Source of the DNA: Saprolegnia diclina VS20
Taxonomy: Eukaryota
Assembly: GCF_000281045.1 (NCBI RefSeq)
Contig: NW_008246075.1
Span: 839,344-903,343, forward strand
DNA: 64,000 nucleotides
Direction: 5' to 3'
A model generated the notes under the pieces. The model was not told where the DNA came from. It saw only the letters and a list, made by a program, of their open reading frames with translations, and did not search any database. Made by a program: the position numbers and the translations under genes. Numbering within the stretch: the first letter of the stretch is position 1; each line of letters begins with the position of its first letter. Below, one piece after another: positions 50,268 to 63,400 of the stretch.

Positions 50268-51711
50268 CTTGGGAAATGATCGACTTGCATTACTGCACTC
50301 CCTGCCAAATTCGCACATTCAATACCATTGTTTAATGTTGAATACAAATATCTAATGTATGATGCATATTTCTATAAAACGACCCCGCCACCCAGCGCCA
50401 AACTTGGATCGGGACCAGAGTGTCGGTCCTTCGTGCTGGCCACTTCAGTTATTTTACTTCCGCATATGGAAACGTAGATACTTTAATAAAAATAAACAAA
50501 ACCGGTGATTACTGGGGCGGGGCGTGGGCGATGAACGTCATCTCAGAGCGTATAGTAGAGGGAGGACCCACTGTCCAACGACGCGGCCACGGGCAACCTC
50601 ACGGGCAATGGACCGGAGATTACGCATGCTGCAGGTGGTGTTCGATCAAGTCCTTGGCTTGAAGGGCTTGCAAGGGCGACCCGTAGAAGGTAGTGGACTA
50701 GCTCTCTGCATACTTAGATTAGTGCTGCTGCTGTAGAGAAAGACCTGCGTCCATCGAAGTCCGAGAGCAAATATTTTTGTCGCTGGGGTGTTTCAGAGTC
50801 CTACGCGGTAAAAATGGACCTCTCGCCTTGCGGGGGCTGTGCTTGGTCCAAACCAGGCATAAACTCATCAGCGAAGTCCGCCGAAGTAACACGTCATTGC
50901 GTGATTACACTTTTGGCGCTGGAATCCAAGGGGCGTTGATCAAATTGTGACGTGGCTGTCTCCCAAATGGCTTTCTCTTCTATTCTTGTTGCACCTAGGT
51001 CGCCACAACCGTGGGCATGATAACGTCTTAAGCATGGGTCCATAATTTATTATTGACCCATGGTCTTAAGTTTGAGTGATTGCTCGAGTTTCGGTGCTAC
51101 TAGGAGCTATACCGGCGATAAGGGACTTGACTTGATCGGCAACCGCTGCGAAATGTATGAGAGGCAGTGTAGAGGAGCAGGATGCGGCGCGATAGCATCC
51201 TTGGGCTCTTGGCGAACGGTGGTTTGCCACTTGATCTTGAGGCCGCTTCCATGCGTTGCATCTCCCGTGCACGTTTGCGTGATTGCTCATCGTCTCGCTT
51301 GCGCGATCCATGTCCACAGCGCAATGCGTCATCGCCATGCTTTCGGTATCTGTGGCAGCGTTGTGATACGTCATAAAATGCGATTATCGATCGCTCGATA
51401 CACACGCGCTGTCCAAGTGCATACGGATGCGACAGACAGCCAAGATGCATCGAGTTGCCCTTGCATGCACTTGTGTCTGTAATAAACACCAGAAAGCGGT
51501 ATTCGCCTGGTCATACCGGTTTACGGTGTGTCGTTTCCTACTACCGCTAAACGGTGTGTCGGCAAGATAAGCCGGGGGCAGGATGTGTCGCGTATATGAG
51601 CCCATGTGCGGAATGCTGATCGCCCGGATAATAATTTAATTATCCGGTGGTTTGCCGAAGAACGAAGTCGGTATCTTCTTCTCTGCCCAAAGAAACCAAC
51701 GAGCGGACTAG

Positions 51712-52527
51712 ATGGACGGGCGGTTCCACGCAGCGCAGGACGCGGTCGTCAAGGTGCTCGTCTTGGGCGACGCGGCCACGGGCAAGACCAGCATCATCAA
51801 GCGCTACGTGCACAACGTCTTCTCGGACCAGCACAAGACCACGATCGGCGTCGACTTTGCGCTCAAGCCCGTGACCGTCCAGAACACGACGCTGCGCGTC
51901 CAGCTCTGGGACATTGCCGGGCAGGAGCACTTCCGCGCCTTGAACCGCGTCTACTACAAGGACGCGCTCGGCGCGCTCGTTGTCTACGACATGTCGCGCC
52001 CCGATACGTTCGAGTCGGCGCTCAAGGTATACTACTTGCGCACCTTGTGCCATGGCTCATGGGCAATTCTCCTAGTGGAAGAAGGAGATTGATACCAAGG
52101 TAGCTGGCGGCACGCGGTCGATGGAGAGGCCTGCATGTATGTGGTGGCGTAGGTGGAGCTGCCCAACAAGAAGCCGTTGCCCGTGATCCTCTGCGGCAAC
52201 AAGGTAGCCCATGCAGCAAGCGTGCATGATGCGAATGACATTGGTCTGGCTTGTCTCTAGTGCGATGTGGCGGGCGAGATTGACCGCGCCTTCTTGGATG
52301 GCTTTTGCGAGACGAATGGCTTTGCGGGCTGGTTTGAGACGTCGGCGAAGGAGAACATCAACATTGACGAGGCCAACAAGGCGCTCGTGGCGGCGATTCT
52401 GGCCCATCGCGACGTCTTTGAGAAGAAGCAAGAGCCGCGTCGCGACACGGTGCGTCCGACGGCCGAGACCTTCCACGCCCGCAACAACAACAACGAGAGC
52501 TCGTGGTCGTGCTGCAGCAGCTTGTGA
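51712..52527 (+). CDS. Rab32/38-like small GTPase; 4 exons
   Basis: [25 protein letters not shown] (Rab32-type G3), [19 protein letters not shown] and prenylation tail CCSSL. Confidence 0.9.
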
Positions 52528-52626
52528 GCGAGTCGCTAGGAGATGTGAATACGGCGATGAATTTTGACTTTATTTCTCTTTCGGTCTACGACTAATAAAA
52601 ATGGCATGCAAATAGAAGGGAGAGCC

Positions 52627-53231
52627 CTAGTATACGTCCGACGAGAACGTGTTGGCCGAGCCGTTGCTGCCCGTGCTCGCTTGGAGGTGCACGCGGAGTG
52701 CATAGTTGGTTTGCTCGAGGCGCTTGATGTGCTCGGCCGCCTGCGTCGCAATTTGCTTGAGCACGTTGTTCTCTTGCGTCGCGTCTTCCTTTTGCTGGTT
52801 CTGGATCGTCACCGCGCGGCGCAAGAGCTTGTTCTCTGCTTGGATTTTTTCCGCTTCTTTCGCTTGTTCCGTGCAGACGTGGCGCAGACGCTCCCGCTCC
52901 ATGCGCAGGTCGTTGAGCTCGTTCTCCTTGCTCATCATAATGTGTTCAAACTCCGATCTGTACATGCACGTGATGAGCATCAGGAGGTGGATGGAGAAGT
53001 ATGAGCTTGGTACCTTAATCGGCTCATCTCGGCTTGCTTGGCCTGGTCGAGGAACTCGAACTGGCGCTGCGAGTACTTGGGCAGATCGTGCTCATGGGGC
53101 GGCTCCTGCTGGAAGCAGCGGCGCTTCATGGAGCGAGCGCTCTCGACCTCCATGTCGCCGAGGAAGGGCGTCTCCATCATGCGGGTCCGCTTCAGGGACA
53201 TGGTCTCGCGGGGCGGAGCAATCGACGTCAT
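52627..53231 (-). CDS. Coiled-coil protein resembling the C-terminus of plant CUE-domain-family proteins; 2 exons
   Basis: ENKLLRRAVTIQNQQ..LEQTNYALRVHL and terminal DVY; intron near 52960-53014. Confidence 0.7.
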
Positions 53232-54361
53232 CTCTTCTTCGTGGGCGCACCGAAGCTACAAGCGGAATGGAAGAGTATAAGCCAAAGGTCTGGTTTCCGC
53301 ATAATCGCATCCGGATGCTCAAACACCTTGGGGAATACAAACGCCAAGGTATTTTCTGGACGGCTTTTACCGAAAAACGCTGGCTTTGCTACAAATATCA
53401 AGTCTACGAGAATGATGGTCATACCAATCCTCTCGAACCTGGTTGCACACGCCAGCACCGTTCGTCCTACCACCTGCTATCGGACCTGCCACAGCATGCA
53501 TGGGATAGCATGGCAGCTGCAAGGGCCCACACGAAAATGAGTCCAAGCAGAAGTCGGTGATGTGGTGTTCTCAGGCTCCTCATTTTCCACTGACAGCTCG
53601 TAAAAATCCATCGAAAACGTTCTGGAACCGTCGAGAAACGCGTGTTTCTTCTTTTTAGCAGATAATATAGGACAATTCTGTCCACTCTGGATCGTTAATA
53701 TCGAGTATATTGTGTTAACATCATACGAATCACTACTATTGTAGTCGCTACTAGTTTGTCGCGCAAGTGCAAGACGCTCTGCCGAGACGAGCGAGTTGTG
53801 TCGAGTCGGTTGTGTGGCGTGTTGGAGCCGCCCAACGAGAAAAGGGCGCAGCAAGGACCTTCGTGAGTACACAACATTGTCCATGGATCGTACTGACTTC
53901 AATGACTTGGCCCGACCGACCTGCTTATTTTCATCAACAAGGCCACCGGGCAAAGGCGCGGAAAGTTTCAAGCTGGAGTATCAACCTGACCTGTGACAAT
54001 TTCGGGTGCTGGGTGCTCCTGTTGACTTTGCGATTGACAGAAACGGCGCCACAACAAGCTCTCAGGAGACGGAGCTTGCTTGAGTCTGAGTTCGAGGCGC
54101 TGTTTGAGGTGTACGTGGACTGTTATAGCCGCTCGGGGAGACTCGCATGCTATGACGACGACGCCGTCACAACGTGCATTGGCGCGGTGTTGCGCTCGAC
54201 CACTAGTCATGCTCGAGTACGACGAAATGCTGCGACAGTCCTCCCTCTCAGCTCTCACGCTCGGGTCGAATAAGATCTTAGTGGTACGGGCACACGCATC
54301 CGAACAACAGCTTGGAGGTATCAACGGTGGAGTTTTATAATGCACGTGGCAGCAACAATTA

Positions 54362-55975
54362 TTAGACCTGGACGTTGCTCGAGGTACGCTTGGCCTTGGG
54401 CGTCAGCTCCGCGGCGCGGCGCTGCATCGTGCGGTTGGGCGTGCGACCCGGCGTCGAGCTCAGGCCGAGCGCCGCGGGACTCTTGAAGCTCGGCGGCGTC
54501 GGCGCCATGGCTTCGGTCTTGAGCGTATCGAGCTCGTGCTGTTCGTCGTCGTCGACGTTCTTGGCCTCGGCGGCGCACTGGGCCTGGTCGGCGGCGTCGT
54601 GCCAGTCGACACGCATGACACCCCAGAAGAGGATGATGGCCTTGAGGAGCTCGCCGAGTGTGTCGGCCCACCAGAAACCGTCGAGGCCCCACCCGAGCGT
54701 GATCGGGAGGAGGTAGCTCAACGGGACGTAGACGCACCAGGACGCAATGTTGTTGGCGACCAAGTTGAGGTTGGCCATCGAGAGCGCGTTCATGCACGAC
54801 GTGAGGAGGAAGCGCGAGAAGGCGACGAGGATACAAATGACAAAGACAACGATGACGTCCGAGCACATGTCGATGATGACCGGGTCGTTGCTCCAGACGC
54901 TAAAGAGCTCGCGGCGGAACGGCAGCACGACCAACAAGAGCACAAACGAGCAGCTCATGACGATCGTCGACCCAATGACGAGCACGCGCTTCGCACCTTC
55001 CGCGCTGCCTTGGCCAAGGTAGCGCGACATGCGAATCTGCGTCGACATGCTAAAGCCATTGACGCACGAGTTGACGACGCCAAAGAGGCCGTTGAGCACC
55101 GCTTGGGCGGCGGCAATGTTGGGCCCGAGGTAGCCCGAGAAGGCACCGGCAAGCGTGGCCGAGGCCCAGTCCACGACACTGGAAGCACCCATGGGAATTG
55201 CGAGCGCGAGGAAGACCTCGACGCGCTCCTTCTTGACGCAGTCCCGCGACCAGCCGCCCCAGTAGTTTTGGTGGTACTTTTGCCACACGATCGTGTAGAG
55301 CACAAAGAGCACGAGTTGGACGCACGTACTGGCGACGGTCGCGAGCGGCGACCCAATAAAGCCAAAGCCGCCAAAGCCGTCCCAGCCGTAAATGAAGAGC
55401 TGGTTGAAGAAGATGTTGAGGAGCATGGTAAAGCACGAGCAGATCGTCGCGGGCATGATCACGCCGAGCGTCGCAAAGTAGGTCGTGAGGCAGCCGTAAA
55501 TGTACTGCGGAATGAGGCCGATGGCCATGATGCGCGCAAATTCCGAGCCGTACATGACGGTCTCCGGGTCGTCCATGGTCAACGCAATCATCTCGCCGAC
55601 AAACATGTACCAAATCATGACGGGGATCGCGCCGAGCACCGCAAAGACGATCGACGTCTGGAGCCACGTGCCAACGAGCGAGTTGTTGCCGGCGCCGTAC
55701 GCCTGGCTGCAAAGCGTCGAAATGGCTTGGATCGCAAACTGGATAAAGGCCGAGGGCACGCCCATCCACATGCCTGCGAGCGCGACACCAGCGAGCTGCT
55801 TGGTACCAATGTGGCCCTGGAACGCTGCGTCCGTGATCGTCATGACCTGGCGCACCATTTGCCGCAGCGAGAGCTGGAGCGCCATGCTCGTGAGCTCGCG
55901 GAGTTCTTGCTTGACTGGGATGATCCCACCATGGCCCACAGCCGGGTTGAGGAGCTTGGACTTCTCGGTCGACAT
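54362..55975 (-). CDS. MATE-family efflux transporter
   Basis: FQGHIGTKQLAGVALA, TLCSQAYGAGN, GFIGSPLAT, RMSRYLGQG and GLDGFWW; about 12 TM segments. Confidence 0.92.
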   Translation of the reverse strand: MSTEKSKLLNPAVGHGGIIPVKQELRELTSMALQLSLRQMVRQVMTITDAAFQGHIGTKQLAGVALAGMWMGVPSAFIQFAIQAISTLCSQAYGAGNNSLVGTWLQTSIVFAVLGAIPVMIWYMFVGEMIALTMDDPETVMYGSEFARIMAIGLIPQYIYGCLTTYFATLGVIMPATICSCFTMLLNIFFNQLFIYGWDGFGGFGFIGSPLATVASTCVQLVLFVLYTIVWQKYHQNYWGGWSRDCVKKERVEVFLALAIPMGASSVVDWASATLAGAFSGYLGPNIAAAQAVLNGLFGVVNSCVNGFSMSTQIRMSRYLGQGSAEGAKRVLVIGSTIVMSCSFVLLLVVLPFRRELFSVWSNDPVIIDMCSDVIVVFVICILVAFSRFLLTSCMNALSMANLNLVANNIASWCVYVPLSYLLPITLGWGLDGFWWADTLGELLKAIILFWGVMRVDWHDAADQAQCAAEAKNVDDDEQHELDTLKTEAMAPTPPSFKSPAALGLSSTPGRTPNRTMQRRAAELTPKAKRTSSNVQV

Positions 55976-57453
55976 GCTACTACTGGATTGTGATCCTCTT
56001 GGAAAGGACCGAGCAAAAGTGAGAATGGATGGTACCTCACACGGGACCAAGGAGGTGCGAGAGAAGTCTCCTTGCGCATCAACGCAGCAGAGTTGGACCA
56101 GCGTGCAAGCTTTGAAACCATCTGATGCGGTCTCCAACGACCCCATACATACGGTCTACGTTTGGACAAAACCCGCATACTCGTGATCCAGACAAGTAGC
56201 CCATCGCAGGCCAAAGTATCCCACGTAGCTACCCTTTTGGACAGGCGACGACATGTCTGAAACTTTAGACGGAGCACAACATTGCTCTATTGCATCTAGC
56301 GTGGGCGACGCCGCGTTTCAAGGCTCGAGGACCGTCGACGACGTGCCAAGTATGCGTGTTCTGTCGTAAGCTGCATTCGCGGGCGTTAAATATGTGACGC
56401 GACAGGTGGACGCGGCCATCATCGGCCTGGTTCGCACTGGGTTTGTATGGTGGTTTGTATGGCCCGAAAAAGCGGGACAGACCAGGCACCCAAAAACAAT
56501 ACTCTGGGTAAAGCGGCGCGTAATAGGCCGTGTCGCGGCGCCGAACCATCGCGGATTGGCTCGCGTGGGCTTGTCACTTTTATGGGTTGCGCCGCAGCCC
56601 AGATTCAGAGACGCCCTCTCTCAGCTGCAAGCTGACGTTGTTGACGCCACCGCTGCGTCGATGGCCGCCGAGCCGGCGCCACCACCCGAGTGCGCAACAA
56701 GGACGCGATACGCAGCACGCAGAGGCACGCGACTGCCGCCTTGATCAATCGAATGCCAAATGCGCAAAAGCGAGGCAAGGGGCATAGACGAGCCTAATAT
56801 CGCAGGTACGCAATGACGCGGTGGGCCAAAGTGTGTTACGATTGCCTCGTCCACGCCGAGTGTGGTTTGATGCAGCGTGTGCAGCCGCTTCCGCCATTGT
56901 TTGCGCGCGTCCACGAATGTCGTGTCCTCGCAGCACGTACGCTCCGACGATCCAAATGACCCCCTTCCTGGATCACCATGTCTTCCGACTGAAAACCCGT
57001 CATGATGTCCATGCGCATACCATCTCGCCACAACTCGGAGGCAGCCATTTGGGGATGGCCGCCTCTTGGGATCTTTTGGCCACTCGTATGGTGATCATCT
57101 TGGGCGTGTCGCAGCGAACCTTGCATTTCACTGGCGAATCAGATGTGCCTCGTGGCGGCTCGTTTTTGTGAGCTGGTGACCAGCACCGGTGCTTTTGGGC
57201 GCCAATCGTCCTACCCTCAGCCGAGGGCGCGCAGCCGCGGCACATCTTTCGTGTCGGTACCATATCGCCCGTGCTCGTTTATCGCGCGCAATGACGAGGA
57301 CCTGTTTCCGACCTTGAGCTACTCGGTGTCGGCTACTACTCGGACGCCTCGTGTCGTGTTGTGTTGGGAGGGATTTACCCTGGGAATCCTCGCTCGCGCC
57401 GGCAGCAGCTGAGCTGCTGCGCCTGTCGACGAGCACTTTTCATCTTGTCGGCT

Positions 57454-59328
57454 ATGCGCACTGTGCTTGCGCTGCTCGCGACGGCGGTGGTCGCGCTGCC
57501 GTCGTTGGAAGACATCATCGCAGTACTTCCAGAGGCGCCGGCGTCGTATGCGCGACCTTGTGCCGACCGGGCGTACTGGCAGCCGCTCGTCGACGCCAAC
57601 GCCGCCCTCGTGAACGCTACACGGACTCGCGCCACCGCGCAGCTTGCATCCGGTATGCCGCCGTGGAATGCGACCGCCTACGAGCTCTACTACAAGACGG
57701 GCGACCGCCTCGCTGGCCAAGACATGATGGGTCGTCGACACACCTACGTCAGCGACCTATTCCTCGCCGAGTGCTTGGACATGACCGGAGCGTTTCTGGC
57801 GGCGCTCGACACAAGCCTTGCATCGCTTGCGACGCAGCGCACGTGGGTCCTTGCAGCGCACGACCCCAAGCGGCTTGTCTACGACAACAAAGGTGTCTTT
57901 GTCGACTTGAACGCTGCCAGCGTCTCGTCGTTGCTTGCGACGATGCTTGCGCTCTTGCCCAACGAGCTATCGTCGGCGACGCGCGATGTTGTCTCGCGCC
58001 AGCTCCAAGTACGCACGCTGCAGCCCCTGCTCGACCGCTCGATCGGGTCGACAGCACCGTTTTGGTGGCAAGTAAGTGCGTCCAACTGGAACGCTGTGTG
58101 CTGGAACGGCATGGCCTCGGCGCTCCTTGCGTCGTTGCGCAGCAAGTCGGACCGCGCCAAGGTCCTTCTGGCGCTTGCAAAGCAGAGCCAGCACTACGTG
58201 GCCTCTTTTGGCCGTGACGGGTACGGCACGGAAGGCGTCGCGTACTTCAACTATGGATTTCAAGAGTTTGCCGAGCTCCGCGAGGTCGTGTGCGCGCAGA
58301 CACGGGGTCTTCTCGACCTCTTTGCCCTTCCCAACGTCGATGCCATCAGCCACGCGCCCATGCTGTTTGAAATGCGGTCCCACCACGTGGCCGCGTTTGG
58401 TGACGCCAAGCTCGACGCGCAATTCCTTCCGCATTTGCTGCGCTACGTGCAGTGGACGTACGGCGAAAGCAGCGTGCCAACGTCGCCCCGCCGGTTCAAT
58501 AGCAGTCTTCCCGGCTCGGCCATGGCCTTGTCGATGCCGCTCTCGAGCGCACAGACCTGCGCGAAGCGCATTTCACCCGTGGGCATGACGCCCGAGCCGC
58601 TTCGCCACATCTTTCCAGCCGCCCACGTCGCCGTCCTTCGCGGTGTGAGCGCGACGGACTTGGACGTGACGTTCAAAGTTGGCGGCAACGGCGGCCACAG
58701 CCACAACGACATCGGGTCGTTCGCGATCGTACTCAACGGCGCTACAGTGCTCGGCGATGTCGGCGGCCCCATGTACTACGACGCAAGTACGTTTGGCCCG
58801 AACCGGTACAAGAGCCCGCTCATGAACGCATACGGCCACCCGGTCCCCGTCGTGCAGGGCCAGCTCCAGCTCGAAGCGGTACACGTGCAAGCGATGCACA
58901 AGCTTACACTGCGCACGGATCTTCTCTCGGACGCGCAAGACGTCGTGTCGACGAACCTCGCAGCCGCCTACAACGTGTCGGCGCTCCAGAGCCTGAATCG
59001 ATCGGTGGCTCTGGTGCGGTCGCCGCAAAGCGGCCACGTGCGCATCACAGACTCGGCCACGATGCGACCCGGCGCCACTGTCGACGTCGAGTCGGTCTTG
59101 ACGACGGTTGGTGTCTGGACGCCAACGTCCAACACCTCCGGCGTCGTGACCATGCCGTCGGGCGTCCGCGTTACCGTCACCGTGTCGGCGACGGCTTCGT
59201 TTATCCTCTCGGCGACGGCGTTGTCGTCGTACGGTGTCTCGTGGACACGCATTGGGATTCGTGTCAATACGACGTCGGCGTCGGCGACCATAACGACGCG
59301 AATTGCGCCGCTGCATCCTGCTTGCTAA
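57454..59328 (+). CDS. Secreted heparinase II/III-like polysaccharide lyase
   Basis: Signal peptide MRTVLALLATAVVA, WVLAAHD, NWNAVC, DGYGTEGVAYFNYG, GHSHNDIGSF, DVGGPMYY and GHPVPVV; intronless. Confidence 0.8.
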   Translation: MRTVLALLATAVVALPSLEDIIAVLPEAPASYARPCADRAYWQPLVDANAALVNATRTRATAQLASGMPPWNATAYELYYKTGDRLAGQDMMGRRHTYVSDLFLAECLDMTGAFLAALDTSLASLATQRTWVLAAHDPKRLVYDNKGVFVDLNAASVSSLLATMLALLPNELSSATRDVVSRQLQVRTLQPLLDRSIGSTAPFWWQVSASNWNAVCWNGMASALLASLRSKSDRAKVLLALAKQSQHYVASFGRDGYGTEGVAYFNYGFQEFAELREVVCAQTRGLLDLFALPNVDAISHAPMLFEMRSHHVAAFGDAKLDAQFLPHLLRYVQWTYGESSVPTSPRRFNSSLPGSAMALSMPLSSAQTCAKRISPVGMTPEPLRHIFPAAHVAVLRGVSATDLDVTFKVGGNGGHSHNDIGSFAIVLNGATVLGDVGGPMYYDASTFGPNRYKSPLMNAYGHPVPVVQGQLQLEAVHVQAMHKLTLRTDLLSDAQDVVSTNLAAAYNVSALQSLNRSVALVRSPQSGHVRITDSATMRPGATVDVESVLTTVGVWTPTSNTSGVVTMPSGVRVTVTVSATASFILSATALSSYGVSWTRIGIRVNTTSASATITTRIAPLHPAC

Positions 59329-60422
59329 CCCAACAACTCGTACTCTTGCTCGAGATAAGCGTAAATTTAGTAGTTGCTGACAGTGCCCAGCGAAAGCCGT
59401 GCGAGGCGCTATGCTACAGAGCCCGTAGCACGCGTTTGCGAGCGAGAGCACGTCGTTGGCGCTCCAGCGTCGTCCGAGAAACCAACTGGTAGCAATGGTA
59501 CGTCATGCCGCCACAATATGCAAGCCTACCGTACACTGTCCTAATGGATCACTAGGCGGCGCGCGCAGATCGACAAGCGAAGTGTCCAAAGACAGAGCGT
59601 CCTTCGAGCCACCAATTCGCGCGCGCAATGTGTCTTGTTGAAGCAACGGATAGGAAGCGAAGGTCCGAGGTCTGTCACATGTGCCGCGACAGAAGGCGTG
59701 TGGCGTCGATGATGCTACATTATCGATGATCCTACGCATATCGCGGCATCTCCGAGGTAGCGCGCGAAGTCGGGCGACGACGCATCGCGGTCCGACACCA
59801 CGAGCTCGTGGCAAAACGAGCCGTTGATGTGGACGAATTTAGGCGTAGGACAGCACCAACGACCACGCATTCGCTTTGAAGCAATCAAGGAACGCTTCTT
59901 CCCTTCGAAGAACACACTGAGATATTCATTGTGTGGCTCAAAAGTATTTACATCCTTTGCGGACATGATTGCAGCTCGCGTGCATCTCCATGAACATCAT
60001 CTGGGACAGCGTGTGTCACTGCGGCCTTACGTTGCCTGCACTACTCTATGCGGCTCTGGGAACGAGTCTCTCAGAACGTCTCGGAGGGGCCACGAGCGCC
60101 TTGTAGCGCACACGAGCGTCTTTTTCAAGTGGACGTCGACATGGCGCCGTGGACGCTATCATGCAGCAGCAGGAGCAGCAAGCGCCGCTGCCGTTGACGC
60201 CACTTGGTCGATTTCCGCAGCCGCACCAATCGTAATCATATTTGTATCTTGTTGTTTGTATCGAGATCCTGTCCACCAACACTCTTGAAAACGGCAAATT
60301 TGTCGTGGGGATGGGCAACCCTGCCGCCACGATATCACTTGGTGTTTGTATACCATACAACGCCAAATAGTACGAGTGCGTAATTAGGGTTCGGGCTCTA
60401 ATCGATCGACAGTAAATCGATA

Positions 60423-60436
60423 GCTCATTTTCAAAC
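60423..60436 (+). promoter_or_regulatory. Inr-like element
   Basis: GCTCATTTTCAAAC immediately before ATG 60437. Confidence 0.45.
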
Positions 60437-63400
60437 ATGCCTCCGATCATGCGCCTCGACTCGGACCCGCCGATGTTGGTCGCGCCGCCCGTGCAGCGCA
60501 ACCATATTCGCCCGCTGCTTTGGAAGAACTTTTTGCTCAAGAAGAAGCACCCGGTCAAGTGGGCACTCGAGATCCTCGTGCCCGTGGTCTTTATCATCCT
60601 CCTTGGCGCGCTCAAGGTGCTCTTGAAAGACGTCAAAGTCCCGTCCGGGTGGTCGGACGATACAACGACCGTCGACAAGTACACCGGGTCCGGCTACAAC
60701 CTCTACGCGAGCCGCGGACCGCGCTACTTTACGACCGAGACGACGTTCTCGGGCCTGCTATGGAGCCTCTCGGTCAAGGCGTACACCGAGTCGGCGTCAA
60801 TGGCCGACTTTACGGCAGCCCAAAATCTCTCGTGCGCAGCGTTCCTGCTCCAGGGCAAAGTCAACTTGGACTCAGCGTCGCCGAATGCGATTCCGTCGGC
60901 GTGCAGTGGGCGCATTGTGCCCTACAAGATCGCGGTGGTTCCCGACACGGCGTACACGCGCAACTACTTTGCGAAAACGGTCGCCGCCTGGTACCCCACG
61001 ATTGCTGTCTCCAACACTACGACGCTGCCGTCGTTTGCCGACTCCGTGCATTTTTTCGCCGACGCCGCCGCGCTCGAAGCGCATGTCACCGGTATGACCT
61101 CTCCATGGATCGTATGATTGGAGCTGACATGCCTTGGAATAGATGATTTGTATGGCAAGGATCTGGCGCACCCGCGCATTCACTCGGCGATCGTCTTCAA
61201 GTCGAGTGTCCCCGAGGCTCAGATCGGGTCGGCTGTCTCGCTCGACTATGCGATTCGCATGAACTCGACCATGGACGACGACGGGAACCCGGGCGACATT
61301 CCGCGCACCAATGTCGCCAAGACAAACGCGCTTCAAAAGTCGATCGAAACCGAAGACTACCAACGCTACGCGACGCGGGGCTTTCTCACGCTGCAGACGC
61401 TCGTGACGCGCTTTGTGTTGTGCCAGCCGACGTACGTAAATGGCGCGCCGGGCAACTGCTCCAACGCCAAGGCGACCGCGGTGGCGTCGTCGGGCCTCGA
61501 CGCGCGGCTGTTTGGCCAAGTGCAAAACGACACGCTCTTGCAGCAGATCAACCTGCTTCTCGGTCGGGCCTCGCTGCCAAGCGTCGACTGGAACGCGGTG
61601 CCGACGACGGCCAAGCAGGCGCTGTTGACGCCACTGCGTCAGGCGCCGCAGCCGTACTTTGGCCAAGCTGTGTACCCGTTCCCGATCCAGGGCTACACGT
61701 CGTCGCCCTTCTACACGAGCGTCTCGTCGTTCTTTGCCATCATATTTATCATCTCGTACCTCTTCTCGGTCTCGTCGATCCTTGTCGCGCTCATTACCGA
61801 GAAGGAGAACAAGTCGCGCGAGCTCATGAAGATCCTTGGCGTCCACGACCGCGCGATCATTTGGTCGTGGTACATAACGTATGGCGCCATCTTTGTCGTG
61901 GCCGCGATTCTCCAAGCCACCGCGAGCAAAGCCAACCTCTTCTCCAACTGCAACGTCGTGCTCGTCTTCATCTTCTTCCTCCTCTTTGGCTGGAGCGTCC
62001 TCGCGTACAGCTTTATGGTGTCGTCGGTCTTCTCCAAGTCGCGCATTGGCACGTACGTCGGCATCATCCGCTTCTTCATCATGTACCTCATCACGTCCGG
62101 CTTCTCGGCGACGACTGCCGAGTCGACCAAGAACGCCATGTGCATCTTTGCGCCCGTGGCCATGGCGTTTGGGGTCCAGACCATGGCAAACGCCGAGTCC
62201 AACTCGCTCGGGATCACGTTCGGCAATATCAACGAGCCGTACGACAACTTTCGCTTCATCACGAGTCTGTACTACATGGCGTTCGACATTGTGCTCTACA
62301 CGCTTCTCGGCTTGTACTTTGAGAAGGTCGTGCCCAAGGACTATGGCATCACGGAGAAGTGGTACTTCTTCCTCTCGCCGTCGTACTGGCGCAACCGCCG
62401 CGCCACGCGCCTCGTCACGAGCGTCAACCTCGACGACGCCGACTACATCGAAGGCGCGGCCCACGACGCCATCGAGCCCGTGGGGATGGAGCTCAAGGCG
62501 CAAGAGGCGAGTGGCGAAGCACTCCAGATCCGCCAGCTCCGGCGCGAGTTCAAGGTGCCGGGTGGCATCAAGGTCGCTGTGAAGGGTCTCGACCTCACCA
62601 TGTACAAGAACCAGATCACGTGCCTCCTGGGGCACAACGGTGCGGGCAAGACGACGCTCATCTCGATGCTTACCGGTATGATTCCGGCGTCGGGCGGTGA
62701 CGCGACCTTCAACGGCCTCTCGCTGCGCAACGACCTCTCGGAGCTGCGCCAGTCGCTGGGCATGTGTCCGCAGCACGACGTGCTCTACGCCGAGCTGACG
62801 GTCGAGGAGCACCTGATCTTTTACGGTCGCATCAAGGGCTTCTCGGGCAAAGCACTGAATGAAGAAGTCGCCGACAAGATTGCTGAAGTCGGCTTGACGG
62901 AGAAGCGCCATGTGGCGTCGAGCGAGCTCTCCGGCGGCATGAAGCGCAAGCTGTCGCTGGCGATCGCGCTTCTCGGGGACAGCAAGATTGTCTTCTTGGA
63001 CGAACCCACGTCGGGCATGGACCCGTACTCGCGCCGGTCGAGCTGGGAGATCATCATGAACAACCGCATGAACCGCATCGTGGTGCTGACGACCCACTTT
63101 ATGGACGAAGCCGATATCCTCGGCGACCGGATTGCCATCATGGCCGAAGGGCAGCTGCGCTGCGTCGGCTCGTCGCTCTTTCTCAAGAACCGGTACGGCG
63201 CCGGCTACAACTTTGCGCTCGTTCGCACCGAGACGTGCGACACAACGGCGCTGATCGCGTTTGTCCAGTCGCACATCCCGGTCGCCAAGGTGCTCTCAAA
63301 CGTCGGGACAGAGATGTCGTTCCAGCTGCCGCTGGATCACGCGCCGTCGTTTGCAGCCATGTTTGCGGATTTGGAAGCGCAGAGCAGCGACCTCGGTGTC

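Noticed and set aside
54362..59328. MATE plus heparinase plus ABCA as a functional gene cluster
   Set aside because: Adjacency only; no shared pathway logic or regulatory evidence.
60872..63274. 800-aa antisense ORF (similarly 47395..49545, 27841..29574, 54536..55993, 12239..13666, 1290..2573)
   Set aside because: These are shadows of real genes on the opposite strand. High GC at third positions removes antisense stops, and the translations have no motifs.
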